Below, in pieces: positions 1 to 10,308 of a stretch of 64,000 nt of DNA. The first letter of the stretch is position 1; each line of letters starts with the position of its first letter. The notes beneath the pieces were generated by a model. It was not told the origin of the DNA. It worked only from the letters and a program-made list of their open reading frames with translations, and ran no database searches. The DNA is from an uncultured Phycisphaerales bacterium (lineage in GTDB: Bacteria; Planctomycetota; Phycisphaerae; Tepidisphaerales; Tepidisphaeraceae), in contig CAWJPJ010000008.1 of assembly GCA_963844715.1 (NCBI GenBank), forward strand, positions 64,001-128,000. The letters are read 5' to 3'. The position numbers and the translations under genes were made by a program.

Positions 1-606
1 GGAAGGCAATTTCGCTATTGCCGCATCATCGTCAATCGCCACAACGGAATCCGCGCCCAGGCTCGCCGCGGCGTCGAGCTGTTTTCCACGCACGCCAACG
101 ATCACGGTCGCGCCGCGATCCTTGGCCGCGAATACCGCCGATCGGCCTACGCTCCCGAGAGCGCCCGTAACCAGCACAGTTTGCCCGGCTTTGATCCCCG
201 CCCCCTCAACAACAAGCTGATATCCCGTGGTCACAACCACCGGCAGCGCCGCGGCCTCCGCCAGATCCAAGCCATCCGGCACGCGCGCCAGCCAGGAGGC
301 CTTCACAGCGCATAATTCAGCATAAGTGTGATCGGTCAGCGCGAAGACCTTATCCCCGACTTTCCAACCTTGGACCCCGGCCCCGAGTTTTTCAACCGTC
401 CCCGCGACGTCGTATCCAAGAATGCCGGGGAAGTGAATCGGAGCAAAAGACTTGAGCGCACCCGAACGTCGCTTAAGGTCGATGGGGTTTATGCCCGCGG
501 CGACAACCCGCACCAGCACTTCGCCGGAATTGGCAACCGCATCGGCGTAATCTTCGAATCGCAAAACATCTGGGCTCCCATACTCATAGACCACAATCGC
601 TTTCAT
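1..606 (-). CDS. NADP-dependent oxidoreductase (MDR/quinone reductase family), partial, runs off the window start
   Basis: Manual translation from ATG at 606: MKAIVVYEYGSPDVLRFED...GEVLVRVVAAGINPID, with later VLVTGALGSVG nucleotide-binding motif. Confidence 0.85.
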   Translation of the reverse strand, partial: MKAIVVYEYGSPDVLRFEDYADAVANSGEVLVRVVAAGINPIDLKRRSGALKSFAPIHFPGILGYDVAGTVEKLGAGVQGWKVGDKVFALTDHTYAELCAVKASWLARVPDGLDLAEAAALPVVVTTGYQLVVEGAGIKAGQTVLVTGALGSVGRSAVFAAKDRGATVIVGVRGKQLDAAASLGADSVVAIDDDAAIAKLPS

Positions 607-897
607 AGTCGCTCCTTGGCCTGACCCGAGCCGCTAGGTCGAGTGGCGATGACCTCTGGCACGCTTTCTCGCCGCTGATTCATAGCGCGTGGGAGTATAG
701 GCAACGATTTCAGCGTTGATCAGTATGGATCGTGTGACGCAGCTGGTTTTTCCCTAGCCTTCGCGTCCGGAGCCCGATGGCTGTGGGGATTGTCTTCGCG
801 GTCCACCTTCAGTTCCGGCACGGTCAACCGCGGAGAAGCGAAGGACGCGAAGAAATGCATGAAATTTCGGAAAAGGCGGACGCGGGGTCCCGCGCGA

Positions 898-1480
898 TTA
901 TCGAGAAGGCACCGACGCCCCCATGCGATCCAAAAGCGCGGCCAGCGTGACCGCGCTCGCGGATTTGATGCGAATCTCAAAAAGAGAATTCGCCGAGATA
1001 TGCGGTTCGAGTTTGAATCCCGTCCCGTAAAGCTCCCCCGCGACGGCTTCAAAATCAGCCTTCACCGCCGCAAGGGTCTGCTCATTAGCCGGTGCATTCA
1101 GCCGATCGTTCAGCCGAACCTGAATCTCCTCCCCCTTGAACTTAAGATCGGCGACATCTTTCTCAAGCAGGATAGACGCCTTGATCAATTCATGAATCAC
1201 CGCCCGCAGCCGGTCGCGAAAATCCCCCGGCAGCGGCGTCTTCCGCCAGTAACTCAGCCCAAGCCGATTCCCCTCGCGGTCCATATGGAAATTCGCCTGG
1301 GAGCTGACCAGCACCGTTCCCGGCCCGGCAACCACGTGCGCCGTAATCCGCCACGTCGATCAGCAGGTGATTCTCGATCGCCTGGTTCTGAATCCACTTA
1401 TGAAACACCGGCACGAATCGATCGTGAGGGAACTGATCGTCGGCCGCGAATATCTTTGCTGAAATCTTAAACGCGTCCAT
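898..1480 (-). CDS. Hypothetical protein downstream of the reductase (one frameshift near 1340)
   Basis: ORFs 1190..1480 (MDAFKISAKIF...LLIDVADY) and 898..1335 (GPGTVLVSSQANF) join into one protein; starts 3 bp after the reductase stop. Confidence 0.7.
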
Positions 1481-1483
1481 GGG

Positions 1484-3743
1484 TCACTTCGCCGCCACGG
1501 CCTGGGCCTTCTGCGCCTGATATTTCGCGTCGCACTTGTGTGCCGCGTCGATGAAAAGATTCGCTTCCTCAACCAGCTTGTGGGCCGTGTCGGCGGTGTA
1601 GCGCGTGTCCGGGGATTCGTGCCGGGCCAGCAAATAATTGGCGAACTGCCCATGATGATAGGTGTCCCAAAAAAGCTTGGTCTCGACGAATCGCTTGCGG
1701 AATTCCTCGACGATTTTGTCCGGCTCATTCGGCACGTCCAGATATTCAAGCTGCACCAGCGTCTTGGCCGCCGTGAGCATCGCCTGATACGCCTTTTCAT
1801 CCGCCGCCCGAAATTGATTCGCGTCCAAAAGAAGCTGCGCCTCGAACGCCTCGCTCTCGGCCTGCGTGAATCCGAACTGCGACAGCGAGACGATTTCCCC
1901 CGCGCATTCGCCCACGCCCATGTCGCCGATGGTGAATTCGCGCGGGTCGCCCCAATCACTGTAAAACGACGCGTCGACGTTATGAGCCGGCACGGCCGTG
2001 AATTGATCGACGATCTCCTTCAGCGCCTTCTTCCCGATCCGCTGGCAGAACTGCTGGAACGTCTCGTTCCCCTGACGCTCGGCGACATAGCGGCCCGTCA
2101 GGGCGTCAATCAGTTCGGGAACACGATGCGAGGGAACCGAGCCCATCGCCAGCGCGTAGCTCCCGCCATTTTTATTCCACATCCCGCCGAGCATGACCTG
2201 GAAATGCGGCACGGTGTATCCGCCGATGTTGCGGCTATTCCCGTAGAACCCGATGTCGGCAACGTGGTGCTGCCCGCAAGAATTGAAGCACCCGGAAACT
2301 TTGATGCGAAGATTCCGGATCGCCTGATCGAGCCTCGCGCTTTTGGCAGCCAGGCGCGTGCGCAACTCGCCCGCAAGCCCGCGCGACGAAGCAATCCCCA
2401 ATTTGCACGTATCCGTCCCCGGGCAGGCGGTGACGTCCACGATCGTTCCCGCGCCGCTGTCGCCCAGGCCCAGGGCCCGCAATTCGTTATACAGATCGAC
2501 CAATTTCCCGTGCGGGATCCATCGGAAGACCAGATTCTGCTCCACCGTTGTCCGCGCGTTTCCGCCGGCGTAGCGCGCGGAAATGTCCGCCAGCGCCCGC
2601 ATCTGATCCGAAGACAAATCGCCCAGCGGACAAGTGACGGTCACCACGGCGTAGCCGCTTTGGCGCTGCGGATAAACATTGGTCGCTTGCCACGCGTCAA
2701 ATCCCTCCGGCCGCCGCGCCCCGTTCAGTTGAACCGCCTGAAGTGACGGTGTTTCATTCCATTTGGGGATGCGATCGAAATGTTCTTTCCAAGTCGGATC
2801 ATCCGGCATAGTGCGGCGTTCCTCCTGCACAAGCCGGCGAAATTCGTCGATGCCCAGTTTCTGCACCAGGAATTTGATTCGGGCCCGATTGCGATTTTTC
2901 TTTTCCCCCAGCCGCGCGTAAACCCGCCCGATGGCGCACGAGAGCGGAAGAAGTTCTTCTTCGGGGACGAATTCATCCAGCAACTTTGCTTGATAAGGCA
3001 CATGCCCCAGGCCGCCCCCGACGAAGAGTTTGAATCCGCGAACGGTCTTGCCGTTAATTTGTTTGGTAGCGGCAATGCCGCCGAGGTCATGCATGCTGAC
3101 CAGCGCGCACGCCTGCTCTTCGCATCCCGAAAGCGCAATTTTGAATTTTCGCCCGAAGTCCTGAATGTCGCGATGCCCCAGCAGATAAAACGCCAGCGCC
3201 TTGGCGTAAGGGGTGACATCAAACGCCTCAGTATGGCAAACGCCCGCCAGGGGGCAGGCGGTGACGTTGCGCACGGAATTCCCGCAAGCCTCGCGCGTGG
3301 TGATACCCACGGCTGCCAGACGCCGAAAAACATCCGGCATGTCGTCGATATGCACGAAATGCAGTTGGATGTCCTGGCGAGTCGTGATGTGGCTGATGCC
3401 GTCGGAATATTCCTCCGCCAGCACCGCCAGGACGATCATCTGCTCGGGATTCACGCCGCCAAACGGAATCTTGATCCGAAGCATTCCCGGCGCGTCCCAA
3501 AACGTCTCAGGCCCTTTGGTCAGCGGGGGGTAAGCGAGCTTCTGAGTCTTCGATCCATCGTGCCGCTGCCCGTTGTCGTAGCGCTGCCCATACGCCCCGC
3601 GGCGAAGGCGCAGTCTCGGCAAAGACTTTTTCATCCACCTTCCCCTGCTTGCGAAGGGCAATCTGAGCCTCGAAAAGATCAATCTCGCCGCCCCAGTCAG
3701 CAGGGACGCGGCTTCCAAGCTTCGTTTTCCAATCGGTTGTCAT
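1484..3743 (-). CDS. Ferredoxin-type nitrite/sulfite reductase with C-terminal helical extension (frameshift near 3612)
   Basis: Siroheme/4Fe-4S motifs TTRQDIQLH, ACGNSVRNVTACP, ACPGTDTCKLG, SGCFNSCGQH; N-terminus MTTDWKTK lies in another frame starting at 3743. Confidence 0.9.
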
Positions 3744-3797
3744 GATGTAAGGGGTCAGAAGGTAGCAAAAGGTAACACTTCTGCAAACCAAAAGCTT

Positions 3798-3837
3798 ATT
3801 CCTAGTAACCTATAGATTAATAGGGAATTGGTGTCAA
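3798..3837 (-). promoter_or_regulatory. Sigma70-like promoter of the reductase with an overlapping imperfect palindrome
   Basis: Minus strand TTGACA-17 nt-TATAGG; AT-rich inverted repeat attcctagtaa...ttaatagggaat. Confidence 0.6.
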
Positions 3838-4281
3838 GTACGGCTTTGCCCGAATAACCCGCTTAACGAATTTCCGGGCAGACGCCGGACTTTTCGGGCA
3901 ACATTTTCGAAATCCATCAATTTTTGGCTGTTAAGACAAACCGGGCAGTTCTAAGCTGAATCGACCATGTACGAACGACCCTATTTCGATCCGAGCGCGG
4001 GCAGGCCGGGTCTGCCGAGAATCATTGTGAATGAGGATCGGGCAGAAGGTGTGCTCGAACGGCTCCGCACTGAGCGACAGCCCGGCAAAATCGTTGACCG
4101 CCTCCCCCTGGTGTCATTTAAGGGGGGGACCGCCGACGGCTATTTCGATTATCAATGTAACCGGCGCTTGGGACGAGGACGTCAAGGCATTCGTTGACCG
4201 CTACCCCGCCAGCCCGAATTGCGGCTGAATCCCAAGTTCATAAATCGACTGGATCGCCACACAGATGTTGTGGGCCAGTAG

Positions 4282-4368
4282 GGCGTTTTTGTGATCACCG
4301 CGTATGATCTGCACGGCAAGCCGCTGAAGGCGCTGCGCCGCCGCATGAAAAAGCGAGGTTTATCATGA
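4282..4368 (+). pseudogene. C-terminal remnant of a BrnT-like toxin
   Basis: GVFVITAYDLHGKPLKALRRRMKKRGLS*, preceded by an in-frame TAG at 4279; stop overlaps the next ATG (ATGA). Confidence 0.55.
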
Positions 4369-4607
4369 AGAAATCCGCCAAGGCCGCCAACCGTCACACC
4401 CGGACCAAGAGAGATCCCAACCGCTATCCCAAGGGTTTGAACCGCCGTAAGGTGGCGGCGATCATCGCCCATTATGAAAACCAGACGGAAGGCGAGGCCG
4501 CTGCTGAGGACGAGGCGGCTTACCACAGCAACGCGGTGACGATGATGGGGGTCCCCGTCGAACTGGTTTCCAAGGTTCAGAAGCTCATCACCAAGCGATC
4601 CGGGTAG
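4365..4607 (+). CDS. Small putative antitoxin
   Basis: 80 aa with YPKG...IIAHYENQTEGEAAAEDEAA...VPVELV; translationally coupled to the toxin remnant. Confidence 0.65.
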   Translation: MKKSAKAANRHTRTKRDPNRYPKGLNRRKVAAIIAHYENQTEGEAAAEDEAAYHSNAVTMMGVPVELVSKVQKLITKRSG

Positions 4608-4618
4608 GGAAGATAGCC

Positions 4619-4953
4619 CGGAAATTCGAATTGAAATCGGAGCCCGCGACCGCCCGGCGAAGTCCGCAGTAGGCGCCCGGAAGGGCAAGAAAGGACTCGG
4701 CGCGATTGGTGTGCGATTCCAACCCCAAGCGCCCATCGATCCCGCTGGATATTGAATTCCAGACGGCCGAGGTCGCGACGGGCCCACGTTCAAGAGCCAA
4801 TGGAAGGCCACCCGCGGTAATGGGAAGAAGGCGAAAGTGGCGCCAACCATGCTGGCCAAAAAGCTGCATGGGGCCAGCATATATAAGGTTGCCGTGCGCA
4901 TGGTGGATGTGTTCGACAACGAGGCGGTGGGCAACGTGGTTGTCGAGACGTGA
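4619..4953 (+). pseudogene. Decayed 3' part of a site-specific DNA methyltransferase (Mod-like)
   Basis: 4777-4953 reads DGPTFKSQWKATRGNGKKAK...YKVAVRMVDVFDNE...*, resembling the IAVKVVDxFGND C-terminus of Mod-type methylases; no start codon. Confidence 0.5.
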
Positions 4954-4963
4954 CAGGGGCGTT

Positions 4964-5440
4964 CTACTCCCCGTCGTCTTCTTCCTCAGCCGGCGGCGCA
5001 GTCACTTTCACCCTCTTCGGCGGCCGCCGTTTCGGACCCTGCGAGCGGATGATGGCTCGCCAGAAAACCCCCGTCTCCAAAGAAGTCCCCGACAATTTGC
5101 TGAATTCCTTATGCACGGCCTCGAACTCATCCCCGTAGGGCAATACCTTGCCGCCTTTGGCGTGGCGAGGCAGAAGATCCTTCAATTGCTTGAGCTGCTC
5201 GTCGCTGAGCGGCACTTCCTGCACGGGTTGGGCCGGATGGCTGCCGCTGCGAACATATTTAAGAAGAGCGGCAAAAACCTGCTCGGGATGGGCGTTTTTG
5301 AACGTGCGGTCCTGGAACCCCTGGCAGATGTCGTCGAAGAACGTGGTATACGGCAATTCCTCTCGCGGGACGGCCGCCGCGTTGTACAACTCCTGGAGAT
5401 GTTCCTGATCAATAGCGCTCAATTTGATAGGCGGACGCAT
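4964..5440 (-). CDS. Hypothetical protein with two LPY-x-x-x-F repeats
   Basis: MRPPIKLSAID...; internal repeats ELPYTTFFDD and VLPYGDEFEA; basic then acidic tail. Confidence 0.7.
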   Translation of the reverse strand: MRPPIKLSAIDQEHLQELYNAAAVPREELPYTTFFDDICQGFQDRTFKNAHPEQVFAALLKYVRSGSHPAQPVQEVPLSDEQLKQLKDLLPRHAKGGKVLPYGDEFEAVHKEFSKLSGTSLETGVFWRAIIRSQGPKRRPPKRVKVTAPPAEEEDDGE

Positions 5441-5518
5441 GGAGGCTCCTTCGCACGTGCGTTTGTGAGTAAACAATTGTAAGGTGCCGGACCGGCACCT
5501 GTCCATGCACGGCCTAAC

Positions 5519-6145
5519 ATGAAATCCAAACCCTCCTGGTCGCGAGCCGAAAAGCATCTGCGTTCCGATCCGGTTCTGCGCCGGATTCGCGCCTCGATCG
5601 GCCCGTGCCGGCTGTTTCCCCAGCGAGACCATTTCGTCCTTCTTTGCCGGGCGATTTACTCCCAGCAGATCTCGTCGAAGGTCGCCAAAGTGCTGTTTGC
5701 GAGGTTTTGCGCCTGTTTTCCGCGCAAACGCCCCACGCCCACGCGCGTTTTGAAATTGCTGACCGGGAAGGAACTGCCGGAAAAGATCGGGCTGTCCCGG
5801 CAGAAACGAAAGTATCTGATCGACCTGGCCAAACACTTCATCGACGGACGAATCCCCAAAAAACTCTCGAGCAAAACCGATGAGGAGATTATCGAAGCCC
5901 TGACCGCCGTGAACGGCATCGGACAATGGACGGCTGAGATGTTCCTCATCTTCGTCCTGAATCGCCCCGACGTCTGGCCCATCGGCGACCTCGGCCTTGC
6001 GCCGCGGTTCAGCGCCATTTCAAATTGCCCAACCACCCCACGCCCAAGGTAATGACCGAACTGGCCGAGGCGTGGCGCCCGCACCGTACCGTCGCCGCCT
6101 GGTACCTCTGGCGAGCCGTGGATGGGGACGGGGATGAATGGAATA
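5519..6145 (+). CDS. alkA: DNA-3-methyladenine glycosylase II (HhH-GPD), frameshift near 6000, end approximate
   Basis: IYSQQISSKVA, HhH motif VNGIGQWTAEMFLIF, RPDVWPIGDLG; C-terminus WRPHRTVAAWYLWR in a second frame. Confidence 0.85.
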
Positions 6146-6218
6146 AAGAGGGGTGATCCGTCCTACGGGGCGAATCGAATCAGATCGCTGTTACAGCATC
6201 GCTTCACTCAAAAACATA

Positions 6219-6346
6219 GGCACAGAGATCACAGAGCACACAGAGGGCACAGAGGAAGACCAGTCAAAAAATTAAAACCCGATTTCGCTTTTTCCCTATC
6301 GATTTTTCTTCTCCGTGCCCTCTGTGATCTCTGTGTCCTCTGTGCC
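6219..6346. repeat. Long imperfect inverted repeat of CACAGAG units
   Basis: ggcacagagatcacagagcacacagagggcacagag ... ctccgtgccctctgtgatctctgtgtcctctgtgcc; second copy at 18111-18203. Confidence 0.85.
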
Positions 6347-6397
6347 AATGCTTTCAGAGAATGGCACGAAGCCGGCATCGGTTGGACATTGAATTTG

Positions 6398-6443
6398 TTG
6401 ACACGGATGGTCGATATAGGTCATAATGAATTCGTAACGAATT
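6398..6443 (+). promoter_or_regulatory. TA operon promoter and palindromic operator
   Basis: TTGACA-18 nt-CATAAT followed by AATTCGTAACGAATT. Confidence 0.7.
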
Positions 6444-6456
6444 AATGAGGCAAGCC

Positions 6457-6773
6457 ATGATTTCAACTCGGCACACCCAATCCCTGACCGACTTCCGCCA
6501 AAAAGCGACCGAAACGCTCGATCGGCTGAATAAGACCGGCGAAGCGGAAATCCTGACCGTGAACGGCGAAGCCCGCGCGGTGCTCGTGGCCCCGGCGGTT
6601 TATGACGAACTGGCTAAGGAGGCCCTGCTTGCTCGCGACGTCGCGGTCATGCGCCAGTCGATGCGGGAAATCGATGAGGGTAAAGGCGCCGAAGCCGGCG
6701 AATTCTTCGACGGTCTCAGGGGCGACTTTTGGCAATGAAGAAAACTCGACGAAAAAAGAGCGACGCCAGGTGA
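6457..6773 (+). CDS. Phd/YefM family antitoxin (frameshift near 3' end)
   Basis: QSLTDFRQKATETLDRLNKTGEAEILTVNGEARAVL; likely stop overlaps the toxin GTG (GTGA at 6770-6773). Confidence 0.85.
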
Positions 6774-7082
6774 AGCGGCTGACTGTGATCATTGCGGCCA
6801 AGGTGCAAGTCAAATCGACGCGCAGGTGCTGCAAATTGCCATGGACTCGGTCGAAAACGCTCTGAAGTGGGAGGGGCGGTTACGCACGCGATCAAGGGTA
6901 TTGGTGACATGCCAGGACACTCAATCGATGAGGATGCAACTCGCCGGCTTGGCCATCAGGTCCGCAAAAATGTTTTTGAAGGGACTTATCTGATCCACTA
7001 TTGGATCGATGACGCAGCCGGCATCGTGAGGATTATCAATTTTCGCCACGGCGCTCGCCTGCCACGGATGGGCGAGCCATAG
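6770..7082 (+). CDS. RelE/ParE family toxin (frameshifted)
   Basis: C-terminus YLIHYWIDDAAGIVRIINFRHGAR; coupled to the antitoxin. Confidence 0.75.
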
Positions 7083-7173
7083 CCGGGACGCATGATGTTC
7101 AGGAATGGGTAGCGGGTCGTGACACCATTTTGTTCCCCTTCGCGAGCCAACCGAATTCCGCGCAGCCTATTGG

Positions 7174-7644
7174 TTAGCCCGCGCATTCGATCCGGGTTCC
7201 GCACCACTTGAACAGTTCGTAAAACCTCTCCATGTGGTCCGGAAGTAGGTGTATCTCTCGATCAGGAGATCCATCGAGAGAGGCTCCGTCTTCATGGTGC
7301 AATTTGTTTCTGATCTCCCGATAGATTTCAAGGCCGGGACGCAACTCGCGTGGGATGTTAACGTTGTTCCTCTGCAGCCAATCGAGCAATGACACGTTCT
7401 TGTTCAGCTCAACGTCACGCCGCTTGAGATTCGCCTCTAAACAGGATTCGTACCGGCAAAAGAACGCCCATCCAAGTTCAATTAACATCGACTCAATTTG
7501 GGATCGCTTGGCAAAAGTAAAGCCATTGGCTTCGATCGGGCCTTTTCTCAGCAGCGCCGGATCCGGTAGACTCCGAATGGCAAAGACGTAGGCTGAGCGA
7601 GCATGTTCGAGATGATTTTGAAAATCGCTTGGCCGACTTTGCAT
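7174..7644 (-). CDS. Hypothetical protein with HEPN-like RxxxxH motif
   Basis: 156 aa ORF, lower GC than neighbours; YESCLE and REIRNKLHHEDG. Confidence 0.6.
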   Translation of the reverse strand: MQSRPSDFQNHLEHARSAYVFAIRSLPDPALLRKGPIEANGFTFAKRSQIESMLIELGWAFFCRYESCLEANLKRRDVELNKNVSLLDWLQRNNVNIPRELRPGLEIYREIRNKLHHEDGASLDGSPDREIHLLPDHMERFYELFKWCGTRIECAG

Positions 7645-7824
7645 TGGCGGCAGTCCTTCCTTGGGTTATGCGGCTACGTCGAAATCGGGGATGCCGATGC
7701 CCGGTGCGGCATGTCAAAAGAGGTTGTCTTGCCGTTTTGGTGGCGCTGAATTCTCGTCGACCTACCATGCAAAATACTTTGCGCCGGGCGGTCCAGTTCG
7801 CCAGTCCCCTCTTTGCCGGCTCCC

Positions 7825-8505
7825 TTACTTCAATTCCACAGTCCAGTAAGCCGTATCCAAAAAATGCTTCCAGCTCGAATACCGCTGATCCGCGAGCCGG
7901 ATGTTGATGACCGGGCTGCGCTTCGGCTTAACGGGTTTGCAGATCAGGTGCATGTGAGCCTGGTCCGGCGTACGCCCGCCCTTCTTCACATTGCAGCGGA
8001 CGCAGCAGCAGACAATGTTTTCCCACACGCTCCGCCCGCCCTGGCTTTTGGGGACGACGTGGTCGAGCGAGAGTTCCGTCGTCGGGGTGCGCTTGCCGCA
8101 GTATTGGCAGCGATTGCCGTCGCGGGCGTAGATATTCCGCCGATTGAATTTGACGTCCTGCCGGGGGAGCTTGTCGTAAGCCAGCAGACGGATGATGCGC
8201 GGAACGGCGATCTGGAATCGGACCGTGTGAATCCAGTCGTAGTCGTGCGGCTCGAATTCCGCCTTAAGCTGGCTGATCTCGCGCCACCCCTCAAAGTCGA
8301 AATTCTGCCAGCGGCTTTCCCCCTTGGCGCTGGTCTCAATGTGGATGACCTCGGCCATTTCTCGGCAAAGCATGGAAAAGGCCCGGCGGACGTTGACGAC
8401 GCGGATCGCCTGATAAAGACGATTCAAAACCAGTACGTTGGCGTTGAGCGCGGGGGAAGCCAAACCGCTAGAGGGCAAGGAGATGGAGGGCGTTTCGAAG
8501 TTCAT
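7825..8505 (-). CDS. HNH endonuclease (McrA-like)
   Basis: VLVLN, FNRRNIYARDGNRCQYCG, LDHVVPKSQGG, WENIVCCCVRCNVKKG. Confidence 0.9.
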   Translation of the reverse strand: MNFETPSISLPSSGLASPALNANVLVLNRLYQAIRVVNVRRAFSMLCREMAEVIHIETSAKGESRWQNFDFEGWREISQLKAEFEPHDYDWIHTVRFQIAVPRIIRLLAYDKLPRQDVKFNRRNIYARDGNRCQYCGKRTPTTELSLDHVVPKSQGGRSVWENIVCCCVRCNVKKGGRTPDQAHMHLICKPVKPKRSPVINIRLADQRYSSWKHFLDTAYWTVELK

Positions 8506-8612
8506 AAGTTCCCAGGGAAACCGCCAGACCCATAATGTCACACTATTGTAAGTTTCGGATGAAAGATTTTCAATTTGCCGCCGGAGCACGGGAGCGGGCC
8601 TAGAATGGCTCC

Positions 8613-9473
8613 ATGCGGTGGACTCGAGGATTAATCGCATTGGCGGCGGTTCTGCTGCTGCCGCTGGTCGCGCCTGCCCAGACTGCCCAGCATGTGCATT
8701 ATCAATTCCTGGCAGACACTTCGGCGATCGCGCCCGGCAAGCCGTTTCGGCTGGGAATCAAGCTGACCATCGATCCCGGCTGGCATGTCTATTGGACCAA
8801 TCCCGGCGACGCCGGGTTGCCCACCCGTGTCACTTTCACCGCCCCCGACGGATTTACCATCGGCGACATGCAATATCCGACGCCCGTGCGCATCGAGGAC
8901 CCGGGGAATATCGTGATGTTTGGATATGAAGATTCCGTTTTGCTTTTTGCGACCGTAACGCCGCCGGCTCAGTTGCCGCAGGATTTTTCGGGGAAGTTTT
9001 CGGCATCCGTGAAATGGCTGGTTTGCCAGGATGTGTGCATCCCGGGCAAGGGTGAGGATTCGATCAATCTGCCGGCATCGGAGACGGCTGCGCCGGTTAA
9101 TACGGAGCTTTTCGACGCCGCGGCGCGGGAGGTTCCCGTGGACGCATCGCAATCGCCGGATGTGGATTCAGTGCAGAGCACCGGGGCGCCTGGACCTTCC
9201 GGATCCCCCGGGGCGATGGAATTGACGATTAACTGGAAACATTCCGCCCCGGCGAGCGTTCAATTTCTGCCGGAGATAAACGACGTGTACAACATCGGCT
9301 CCGTGAAGGTAAACTCAAATCAGAACACGACACGAATCAGCTATAGCGTGGAAACGATGGCGGGGAAAAGTTCCCTCGGCCAGGACCTTTCGGCGGTGAT
9401 CGGATTCCAAAACCCGCAAGGCGAGCGCCGCGGCGTCATCGTGGCGCTTTATAATTCCGATCACACTCGATGA
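8613..9473 (+). CDS. Secreted DsbD N-terminal-domain protein
   Basis: Signal peptide, PGWHVYWTNPGDAG, WLVCQDVCIPG. Confidence 0.85.
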   Translation: MRWTRGLIALAAVLLLPLVAPAQTAQHVHYQFLADTSAIAPGKPFRLGIKLTIDPGWHVYWTNPGDAGLPTRVTFTAPDGFTIGDMQYPTPVRIEDPGNIVMFGYEDSVLLFATVTPPAQLPQDFSGKFSASVKWLVCQDVCIPGKGEDSINLPASETAAPVNTELFDAAAREVPVDASQSPDVDSVQSTGAPGPSGSPGAMELTINWKHSAPASVQFLPEINDVYNIGSVKVNSNQNTTRISYSVETMAGKSSLGQDLSAVIGFQNPQGERRGVIVALYNSDHTR

Positions 9474-9490
9474 CTCAATTGGAGGCTCTT

Positions 9491-10099
9491 ATGCGAAAGT
9501 TCGGCGTTCTATTTGTCATGCTGGCGACGGCCCTTGGGCTGGCCTTTTATTCATTTGCCGACGACTCATCCTCGTCCGGCGTGATGATCGGCGCTAAAGC
9601 GCCGAATTTCACGCTGCAGAATCAGAACGGCAAGAACGTCAGCCTGAGCGATTTCTCGGGCAGGATCGTGGTCCTGGAATGGACCAATCCCAATTGCCCG
9701 TTCGTTCAGAGACACTACAAGGTGAAGACCATGCAGACCCTGGCCGGCGACTATGCCGGGCGGAACGTGGCCTGGCTGGCGATCAATTCCACCAAGGACA
9801 CGACCAACGAAACGGACAAACAGTGGGCCGATGAACAGCAGATCAGCTATCCGATTCTGAACGACGTGGACACAACCGTCGGCAAGGAATATCACGCCAC
9901 CAACACCCCGGAGATGTTCATCATCGGCACCGACGGCAGCCTGCTCTACAAAGGCGCCATCGACAACGATCCGGACGGGGATCGCACCGACGGCAAAGTG
10001 AACTACGTGCAGAATGCCCTGGATGAAATCCTGGGCGGAAAAGCCGTAAGCACACCAGAAACCAAGCCATACGGCTGCGGCGTGCATTACCGCGACTGA
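9491..10099 (+). CDS. Exported thioredoxin/redoxin family protein
   Basis: APNFTL, VVLEWTNPNCPFV, YKGAID, PYGCGVHY. Confidence 0.85.
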   Translation: MRKFGVLFVMLATALGLAFYSFADDSSSSGVMIGAKAPNFTLQNQNGKNVSLSDFSGRIVVLEWTNPNCPFVQRHYKVKTMQTLAGDYAGRNVAWLAINSTKDTTNETDKQWADEQQISYPILNDVDTTVGKEYHATNTPEMFIIGTDGSLLYKGAIDNDPDGDRTDGKVNYVQNALDEILGGKAVSTPETKPYGCGVHYRD

Positions 10100-10116
10100 A
10101 TGTGCATTAAGAGGGT

Positions 10117-10291
10117 TTAACCGCGAAGCCGCCCGAGTAAAATCCGAACGCGAAGCAAATCCGAAGAATAAAACCACGGATTTCGCGGATGGGCGCGAAT
10201 AAATTCAATTCAAGAATTTTGTCTTCATCCGTGCCATCCGCGAAATCCGTGGTTTAAATCTTTTTTCTCATCTTCGCGCACTCCGCGGTAA
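10117..10291. repeat. Nested inverted repeats between convergent genes (inner CACGGAT type, 10171-10255)
   Basis: aaaccacggatttcgcggatgg ... atccgtgccatccgcgaaatccgtggttt inside ttaaccgcgaag ... ctccgcggtaa; related copy at 61603-61682. Confidence 0.8.
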
Positions 10292-10308
10292 AGAGGCCGG
10301 AGATTTCG

